A DNA stretch of 62,021 bases, the filler included, from an uncultured Chlamydiae bacterium (GTDB lineage: Bacteria; Chlamydiota; Chlamydiia; Chlamydiales; SM23-39): NCBI GenBank assembly GCA_937899275.1. It is 3 parts of 3 records of this genome, joined end to end, with 100 filler letters (N's around TTAATTAATTAA, not from the genome) between each part and the next. Parts side by side here need not be neighbours in the genome. Positions count along the whole stretch, not along the records: positions 28,266 to 56,607 come from CALBPE010000112.1; positions 56,708 to 62,021 come from CALBPE010000120.1; 1 more part is not named here. One strand, written 5' to 3'. The notes below the pieces were generated by a model. It was given only the letters and a program-made list of their open reading frames with translations, was not told where the DNA came from and searched no databases. Made by a program: the position numbers and the translations under genes. Below, one piece after another: positions 54,996 to 62,021 of the stretch. The stretch's first letter is position 1; each line of letters opens with the position of its first letter.

Positions 54996-56607
54996 TTAGT
55001 CTACTATAGGCTGTGGTCTTTTCTGACCCATCCATTTTTGCATTGTTTCTTCATTAGGCCGTACCATTTGAAAGCGGAATAAATCGCGTGAAATCTCTAC
55101 ATGCATTTCATGGTACAACGCGCGGAAGTATTGAAAGGCTTCTTCTTTAAACTCGATCAAAGGATCTTTTTGTCCTACAAGGCGGATATGTACATCTGTT
55201 CGTAAATGATCGATCGAAAGGAGGTGTTCTTGCCATAGAGCATCGGTTCTTCGAAGGATTAGGCTGCGAATCACTCCTTCTAAAATCTCTCGAGGTTTTT
55301 TTTCTGGATGGGGGAAGGCAGCGATTTGCTCTTCTTGAAATGTGCATTTTTTTGTGAACTCTTCTATCACCTTTTCCTGAATATATCCACTTAACTCTTC
55401 TTGAGGGAGTTTTTCTAAAGATTCTTTGGTGAAAGAGATGGGGAAATGGGTTAATAAAGCGGTGAGAAGTAGGTCATATTGGTTAGAAGATTCTTGGATG
55501 AGCGCATCGACAGTGTCGGAGAGAATTTCTTTTGTCAAAGCAATGACGTCGCTTGTTTCGATCATATCTTGACGAAACTCGTAGATTTCTTGCCTTTGTT
55601 TATTCATGACGTCGTCATATTTTAAGGTGTGTTCGCGAGCTGAGTAGTTTCTTTGCTCCACCCTTTTTTGTGCAGTTTCAATGGATTTATTCAGTATTTT
55701 TGCCGACATAGCTTCCCCTTCAGGAGGTCTATGTCTTTGCAGTAGAGCGGTTATTCTAGGAGGGGAAAAAAGGCGCATAAGAGAATCTTCAAAAGAGACG
55801 AAAAATTTTGATGCTCCTGGATCTCCTAATCTTCCCGATCTACCTCTTAGCTGCCGGTCAATTCTTCGAGATTGGTGTCTTCCTGTTCCAAGAACATAAA
55901 GCCCTCCCGCTTCAAGTGCAGCTTTGGTTGGTTTGATATCCGTTCCTCTTCCGGCCATGTTGGTAGCAAGAGTTATCGCACCTTCTACCCCTGCTTCTGC
56001 GATGATCTCCGCTTCTTTTGCGTGGTTTTTTGCATTTAATACGGTGTGAGGAAGGCGGTTTTTCTTGAGGATATGAGAAAATTTTTCCGATATGTCTACA
56101 GATTCTGTTCCGATCAAAATGGGCTGTCCTTTTTCATGAACGCTTTTGATCTCCGCTAGAATAGCTGCGTGTTTTTCTCTTTCTGTCATGTAGATTTCAT
56201 CATCAAAATCTTTGCGTATGCAAGGCTTGTATGTAGGAATCTCCATCACATCTAATTGATAGATCGTTTTAAATTCTACAGCTTCTGTCATGGCGGTTCC
56301 TGTCATTCCGCAAAGCTGGTCATACATTCTGAAATAATTTTGTAAGGTGATGGTCGCATAGGTCTGGGTTTCACCTTGAATTTTTACACCTTCTTTAGCT
56401 TCGATGGATTGGTGTAGTCCATCGGAAAAACGCCTTCCTGGCTGCGGCCTTCCTGTGTTTTCATCGATAATGACAATTTTTTTGTCTTGGACGATGTAAT
56501 CTACATTTTTTACCATTAGAAGTTGGGATTAGAACTAAGGACTTAGGTTGTGAACGCGTACTTTACAAACCGCATATTCATACCTAGGAACAATTTTTGA
56601 ATGAATT
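54996..56607 (-). CDS. secA: Preprotein translocase SecA, C-terminal half; the 5' part is lost at the gap and the last ~90 nt of the contig are degraded
   Basis: GRRFSDGLHQ, ITLQNYFRMY, GMTGTA, ATNMAGRGTDI, RRIDRQLRGRSGR. Confidence 0.95.
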
Positions 56608-56707
56608 NNNNNNNNNNNNNNNNNNNNNNNNNNNNNNNNNNNNNNNNNNNNTTAATTAATTAANNNNNNNNNNNNNNNNNNNNNNNNNNNNNNNNNNNNN
56701 NNNNNNN
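56608..56707. other. Artificial contig-joining spacer
   Basis: 44 N + TTAATTAATTAA + 44 N. Confidence 0.97.
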
Positions 56708-57306
56708 GTATGCACCGAGAGACCCGCTCTTTTGGCTAAAAGGCGCACCTCATGTTTTTTGCCTTCTTTAACCACAATACGGCAGGTGTTTTTACGCACC
56801 TTTTTTACAGAAAGCGCTCGCACAAGTCTCTTTTCAATATACATCGGTTTTCCCATCGAGACTAAATGCTCATGGGAGATGTTTTCCTTTGCTTTAAGGA
56901 GATATTCTTTTTCAATATTATTTCTTGGGTGGATCACCGATTGGCTAAAAGCGCCGTCATTGGTGACTAGAAGAAGGCCTTCAGTATCTTTATCGAGCCT
57001 GCCTATTGTAAACAATTTTCTTCGAATAGGGGGCAAAAGATCGATCGCGAGTTTTTGATTAGGGTGTATTCTCGTATTAGAGCAGAGATACCCCTTGGGC
57101 TTATGTAGAAGGAAGGTAATAGGAGCCTCTTCTGGCGGAATCTGCTTTCCACTGACTAAAATCTCTTCTTTATCCGGATCGCAGTGGTGTTCAGGCAAAA
57201 GGATCACTTTGCCGTTTACCCGCACTTTTCCCTGCTGTATCCACGTTTCTGCAAGACGCCTAGAGGCAAGTCCTCTTCTGCTAATGATTTTACTTAATCT
57301 TTCCAT
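56708..57306 (-). CDS. rluB: RluB/RsuA-family pseudouridine synthase, 3'-truncated by the gap
   Basis: S4 domain start MERLSK...SRRLAE; HKPKGY; catalytic GRLDKDTEGLLL; EGKKHEVR. Confidence 0.9.
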
Positions 57307-57359
57307 GAAAACCTCGGAGCCATTATACAAGAAATAGAGATAGTTGGTATGATAAAAAG

Positions 57360-58034
57360 ATGAAAAAACGATTAATTTTACTTCGGCACGGTCAATCCCT
57401 CTTCAATCAAAAAAATAGGTTTACAGGCTGGGTTGATGTTCCGCTAAGCACACAAGGTATTCAAGAAGCGCTAGAAGCGGGAAAAACCCTGAAAAATATA
57501 CCCATCGATGTCGCCTATTCTTCCTCTTTAATTCGGGCGCAAACCACGCTTTTTCTAGCTCTTAGTCAAATGCATCTACAAAAAACCCCAATTGTACAGC
57601 ATCCAAAGGGGGCAAAAGAAGAACTTTGGGGAAAACTCCATGAAGATCTCGACGCCCTTCCGATCTATTTTGATGCAAGGCTCAATGAGCGGATGTATGG
57701 TAATTTACAAGGTTTAGATAAAGAAGAGACAAAACAGAAGTTTGGGCCAGAAAAAGTTCATGAATGGAGACGGAGTTATCATAGCCATCCCCCCGAAGGA
57801 GAAAGCTTAGAAGATACAAAAAACCGCGCTCTTCCCTATTTTATCGAAGAAATAGAAGATAAGCTCACTAAAAACAATGTATTTGTTGTAGCTCACGGCA
57901 ACTCTTTAAGAGCTATTCTCATGTATATTGAGTCTTTATCAGAAAAAGAAGTCGTCTCTTTAGAAATACCCACAGGAAAGCCTCTTATCTACAGCTTTTC
58001 TGCGGAAAAAACCTATAAAAAAGAGGCGCTATAA
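57360..58034 (+). CDS. gpmA: 2,3-bisphosphoglycerate-dependent phosphoglycerate mutase
   Basis: LRHGQS, FTGWVDVPL, LNERMYGNLQG, AHGNSLR. Confidence 0.96.
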   Translation: MKKRLILLRHGQSLFNQKNRFTGWVDVPLSTQGIQEALEAGKTLKNIPIDVAYSSSLIRAQTTLFLALSQMHLQKTPIVQHPKGAKEELWGKLHEDLDALPIYFDARLNERMYGNLQGLDKEETKQKFGPEKVHEWRRSYHSHPPEGESLEDTKNRALPYFIEEIEDKLTKNNVFVVAHGNSLRAILMYIESLSEKEVVSLEIPTGKPLIYSFSAEKTYKKEAL

Positions 58035-58927
58035 TGCCTGCAGATATAAGCCCTCTTCTTTTGCAGCTCGCAGGTGTTTCCTCACATACAGCCTCTCTTT
58101 TTCGAGGGGAGCAAGAGGCATTTGCCCATGTGCTGTTACAAACGTATTTTTCGAAAACGCTAGAAGAGGGGAAAAACCACTTTGCCTTCATTGGCCACTT
58201 TAAGAAAATTCCTTTTTACGATGAACTAGAAAATGCCTACATATCTTTACGCCGCTACGACATAGAAGAAGTAGATGATTTTGCAGCAGAGATTTTTGGA
58301 CCAAAAACAGCGCTTGTTATTCTAGCTGCAGCCGACCCCTTTACAGGAAGAATTTACCCTTTAGATCCCATCATACAGCAGGCAAAAGATGCTGGAGTAT
58401 CTATCCACATCGATGCTTCTACAGCGATTCAGGTGGAAGACTACGCATTTTGTCAGCACGCAGTAGATTCTTTACACTTTTCTTTTACAAGGCTGCAAGA
58501 TGCGCCTATCGGATCTTGCCTTCTTCACAAGAGCTCCTCTTCTTTACCCGACGCTCCTTTAGGAGAAGATTTTCTAGATCAGCTGAAAAGCGCTGCAAAA
58601 AAAGCGGTAGAAAACAAAGACTCGCGCATTTTATCCTTTGCTCGTAAAAAGCAGTATCTCTTGCAGCTTCTAAAGAAACAAGGTATAGAATTTGCACAGA
58701 ACAAATCTCTTGCAGACCGGCTGTGTCTATCGTTTCCCAAGGTCTATGGAGAGTCTTTAGCCTTTCGTTTAGAGGGAGACTCTTTTTTGCTGCAGCATCA
58801 TCCAACTCAGGTAGAAGAGGTGGGCTTGCAGCTGGAAGAGCGTCTAGAAAAATCGGATCTAGAACAGATTGTAGAAAGGCTTTCTCAAGAGATTATAGCG
58901 CTTCTTACCATGGGGAAAATGGATTGA
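58034..58927 (+). CDS. Degenerate NifS/IscS-like (class V aminotransferase fold) protein
   Basis: PKTALVIL...TGRIYPL...IHIDAS...VDSLHFS; sits between gpmA and nifU; PLP Lys and catalytic Cys motifs not evident. Confidence 0.6.
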   Translation: MPADISPLLLQLAGVSSHTASLFRGEQEAFAHVLLQTYFSKTLEEGKNHFAFIGHFKKIPFYDELENAYISLRRYDIEEVDDFAAEIFGPKTALVILAAADPFTGRIYPLDPIIQQAKDAGVSIHIDASTAIQVEDYAFCQHAVDSLHFSFTRLQDAPIGSCLLHKSSSSLPDAPLGEDFLDQLKSAAKKAVENKDSRILSFARKKQYLLQLLKKQGIEFAQNKSLADRLCLSFPKVYGESLAFRLEGDSFLLQHHPTQVEEVGLQLEERLEKSDLEQIVERLSQEIIALLTMGKMD

Positions 58928-59625
58928 AAACAGCAGTAAGAAAGCGGATTCTCACACCAAAATATCTCGGATCTTTATCTCCTAAAGAGGGAATGCGTCT
59001 TTGCGTACATGAAGAGATCGAACCGGTGAAAAAAGCGCGCCTTCGCTTTTTTTTACTCGTCGATCTATCCGATGGGATCATCGCAGACAGCTCTTTTCGC
59101 GTATACGGCCCTCCTTTTCTGATTTTAGCAGCAGATGCAGCGGCAGAGCTCATACTTAGAAAAACCTATACGCAAGCTATGAAAATCCCCGCGGATCGTA
59201 TTGAAGAAAAGACCGTGCTATTTCCTCCAAAAGAAATGCGGTGGATCAACTTTACCCTAGCTACTATAGAAGGCGCTCTTACTCAGTGTGGTGATCTGAT
59301 CAAAGATACTCCTATAGAAAGCGCTCCTAACATAGAAGAAAACTACATTGAAGAATTTCCCCTTCTTTCCAAATCGGAAAAAATCGCTTTAATCGAGTCG
59401 GTAATTGATGATGAAATCCGTCCTTATATTGAGATGGATGCAGGGGGAGTCACCATCCAAGACTTAAAAGAAAACACCTTAGAAATCGTCTATGAAGGGG
59501 CCTGTACCAGCTGCTACGCAGCTACCGGATCGACCTTATCTGCGATTCAAAACATTTTACAAACGAAAGTCCACCCAGATATCTTGGTAGAACCAGTAGG
59601 TCTTGCCTCAGGATCAAATCCATAG
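58924..59625 (+). CDS. nifU: NifU-like Fe-S scaffold with C-terminal Nfu domain; start uncertain
   Basis: IRPYIEMDAGG...YEGACTSC; N-terminal IscU-like domain LVDLSDGIIADSSF; the upstream part of the tracked ORF overlaps nifS and is probably spurious. Confidence 0.85.
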   Translation: MKTAVRKRILTPKYLGSLSPKEGMRLCVHEEIEPVKKARLRFFLLVDLSDGIIADSSFRVYGPPFLILAADAAAELILRKTYTQAMKIPADRIEEKTVLFPPKEMRWINFTLATIEGALTQCGDLIKDTPIESAPNIEENYIEEFPLLSKSEKIALIESVIDDEIRPYIEMDAGGVTIQDLKENTLEIVYEGACTSCYAATGSTLSAIQNILQTKVHPDILVEPVGLASGSNP

Positions 59626-59662
59626 ATCTTAACTAGTTAAAAGATATTCAATGAATGTGTTT

Positions 59663-62021
59663 CTACCGAGGGTAGGTAATAATAAGTCGCTTTCTCTGGT
59701 GATTCTGAAGTTTCTCATCAGGAAGATCTTTAAAAGGCAGACATGAGGGGGATTTTGTATTAATATTAGAAAGTTGAGCCAGAGTTAGGATGATGTTGAA
59801 TAAAGCGAAGTATAAGGGCTTATATGCCGGATCTAATACTGTAGATGCAGGAAACGTTGTTCCTTTTAACCGTGTAAATACAGTCTTATTATTGTTATTG
59901 TTGAGTGGATCCTTGAGCAGATGCTGTTTTGCCAATTGGAAAATAGTAACGGCATTTTTGTTCGAAGACTGTCGTATTGCAATGGCAAGCATCTTTTGAG
60001 GGCGGTCATCGAGGTCTTCAAGATTTATTCCATTTAATTCTGTGATCCGGTCTTCCAGTTGACAGAGAAGGTCCTCTTGCATTAATTTGTTTTCTTCCAT
60101 TTCATTTTTTTCAATTTTTATGCGTTCTGCTTCTTTTTTTTCTCGCTCTAGTTCGTCGTTTATACGTTTTTTAGCCCGCTCTAATTCATCTATGATATCC
60201 ATGTGTTTTTGATAAGCGTAGCTATTATTAGGAAATCTTCTATTATACTCTTTCTCGAATTCTTCTGTTGTAAGATACGTTCTCTCTATTCCCCCATCTT
60301 CCGCAAACTGTATCAGCATGCTCACGTGATCGTCTAGAGGTAAGAATGCATCGCTTGTTGCTATAAGGTTTTTCAGATCAGTACGGTTAATAAATAGTTT
60401 CAAAGGCTCTAGGTCTTGCTTTTGAATGGCTAATCGGATTCCTATAGTAGAGGTAAAAATAACCTGAGGATTCTTGTTAAAGAATGTTACTAGACGGTTA
60501 TACGATTTTTCATCCTCACCCAGCATCTCTCTTTCGATTATGGTCTTAATAGCTAATTTGTCATAATCATCGTTAATTTTCGGTGGAGGAGGAGTATAAT
60601 CATCATCAGGATCTTGGGGAGTGTATTTATTTAAGCCCCATATTGCATTCTTCCAACACGTATAGCGTAAAATTATTGTATTTGCTCTGATTATGGAGCC
60701 TGCTAAATTACTTTCAGCTAGAGTCCGTATGACGGTTGGTTTGCTGGCCTCCAATTGCTTCTGGAGGCTTTCAGGAGAAGTAACATTTTTTAATAAAGTT
60801 AGAATAAAACGGATGTCTTCTTTTTTGATAATTTGCGTAATCAAAGACTGCGACGGCTTAAAGCCGGTTGAGAGTGCGTAGTTTAGCATGCTATTTACCT
60901 TCTCCTGAAGCCAACCACGCATTTGACATAAAGCAAGAACCACCAATTTTTCCGGAGTAAACCTGAATTTTTTGGGTGTCTTCTTTATGCAATTAAAGGC
61001 AATTATAAATCCTGGAACGTCTCCCGTTTCAAAAATCTGATCTACGCCAAAAAAACCCTGGCAATATTGGAAAAGCGTTTCAAATATAGCGTAGCGGACA
61101 GCTTTTGGCTCTATAACAGTAAGGGGGTTAACAAAACGTGAGTAATCTAGCTTCGATTGATTGGAGTTTTGTTCTAGTATACGCTTTACCATGCCTAGAT
61201 CTTCTTCACGAATTGCTCCATTGATAAAAGCAGTTTGGAGTGGTAGTTTATTTTCAAAAAGATATTCTAAAATTTGGTAGCGATTGACTTCATCTTGTAT
61301 TTTCAATACAGAATTAAATAAATCTTGTAAAAGATGTTGAGAGTTGTTTTGTGGTTTTAGAGCGCCCTCTTTTATGAACAACTTTACAAGCGTTTCATTT
61401 TTTTGTGTGTCTATGTTTTCAATCACATTTTTTAAGAATACTATCTTTGCAGAAGGGCTGTTTGTGAAAAAAACCATTGCCATGTAGTTACGTATCTCTA
61501 GCGTTTCTATAGGTAAAATATGCGTTCTAAATAGGCTTTCAACCGGCTCATTTGCCTCCTCTAAGCTGGCTTGTGTCAGCAGATGAAATATTTCCCAAGA
61601 GCCCTCACCTTGAATAATCTTATGTATGACTTTTTCTAATGCAGCTTTTTCTACTTGCTGCCGCTCGTCTTTGCTTGGATGATTTTTTGCTTTAGCTAGC
61701 ATGTAGTTTATAAGATCTACATGCCCCTTTTCTGCAGCGATTACAAGAGGGGAGTTTTCAGGAGTTTTTGTAATGGGGGAAACTCCCTTGTAGAGCATAT
61801 AACGCGCAATATCATAATGTTCTTTTCCCATTGCCCTCTGGAGAAGTGCAGTTTTTTCTGTTTTAAAAGAAAAAATGGAATACACAAGTAAAGAGATCTT
61901 AGCGGTGACTTTCAGGTTATAATTAACGCTAGCTTTGAGCGCATATGTGTTATTGCTGAGGCAGTCAATAGTAGCTACAAGGGCGGAAACAGGAGAAAAA
62001 ATCACTTCTATAGACTGGGCT
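59663..62021 (-). CDS. Large ankyrin-like repeat/coiled-coil protein; candidate effector; frame is open to the window end
   Basis: ALLQRAMGKEHYDIARYMLYKGV and SPLVIAAEKGHVDLINYML ankyrin motifs; C-terminal coiled coil. Confidence 0.7.
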   Translation of the reverse strand, partial: AQSIEVIFSPVSALVATIDCLSNNTYALKASVNYNLKVTAKISLLVYSIFSFKTEKTALLQRAMGKEHYDIARYMLYKGVSPITKTPENSPLVIAAEKGHVDLINYMLAKAKNHPSKDERQQVEKAALEKVIHKIIQGEGSWEIFHLLTQASLEEANEPVESLFRTHILPIETLEIRNYMAMVFFTNSPSAKIVFLKNVIENIDTQKNETLVKLFIKEGALKPQNNSQHLLQDLFNSVLKIQDEVNRYQILEYLFENKLPLQTAFINGAIREEDLGMVKRILEQNSNQSKLDYSRFVNPLTVIEPKAVRYAIFETLFQYCQGFFGVDQIFETGDVPGFIIAFNCIKKTPKKFRFTPEKLVVLALCQMRGWLQEKVNSMLNYALSTGFKPSQSLITQIIKKEDIRFILTLLKNVTSPESLQKQLEASKPTVIRTLAESNLAGSIIRANTIILRYTCWKNAIWGLNKYTPQDPDDDYTPPPPKINDDYDKLAIKTIIEREMLGEDEKSYNRLVTFFNKNPQVIFTSTIGIRLAIQKQDLEPLKLFINRTDLKNLIATSDAFLPLDDHVSMLIQFAEDGGIERTYLTTEEFEKEYNRRFPNNSYAYQKHMDIIDELERAKKRINDELEREKKEAERIKIEKNEMEENKLMQEDLLCQLEDRITELNGINLEDLDDRPQKMLAIAIRQSSNKNAVTIFQLAKQHLLKDPLNNNNNKTVFTRLKGTTFPASTVLDPAYKPLYFALFNIILTLAQLSNINTKSPSCLPFKDLPDEKLQNHQRKRLIITYPR

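Noticed and set aside
58723..58923. N-terminal extension of NifU in the ORF track
   Set aside because: It overlaps the NifS-like gene in another frame and has an atypical composition.

Overview
AT-rich draft-genome window from an environmental Chlamydiae (Chlamydiota) bacterium. The assignment rests on chlamydia-type RpoB/RpoC, an Npt nucleotide transporter, DUF1207/DUF2709-like genes and chlamydial gene order. Three contigs are joined by artificial 100-nt spacers (44 N + TTAATTAATTAA + 44 N) at 28166-28265 and 56608-56707. The core genes are tal (partial), rpoC-rpoB-rplL-rplJ-rplA-rplK-nusG-secE-tRNA-Trp-tuf-tRNA-Thr-infA, sufE, lplA, mnmG, dnaB, tRNA-Ser, rho-coaE-polA-sohB-pgsA-dedA-npt, pgk, dnaQ-like, engB, tsaE, ldh, argS, secA (partial), rluB (partial), gpmA, nifS-like and nifU. 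Accessory content: (1) a 2.2-kb islet with no integrase, bounded by a perfect 50-bp duplication of the 3' part of a tRNA(CAT) and carrying only an ABC-F ribosome-protection-like ATPase; (2) next to it, remains of a second island with a frameshifted Fic-wHTH gene and an orphan AbiEi-type antitoxin; (3) an insert between dnaB and mnmG with an MppJ-like alpha-keto-acid C-methyltransferase, a second methyltransferase, a GNAT and an Inc-like protein; (4) candidate host effectors: a tandem one-zinc 'half-RING' protein, a small Inc with an MG-C N-terminus, and an ankyrin-like repeat protein. Single in-frame stops interrupt rpoB, lplA and the MppJ-like gene. Together with a visibly degraded secA contig end, these most likely reflect consensus errors, but they need read-level checking.
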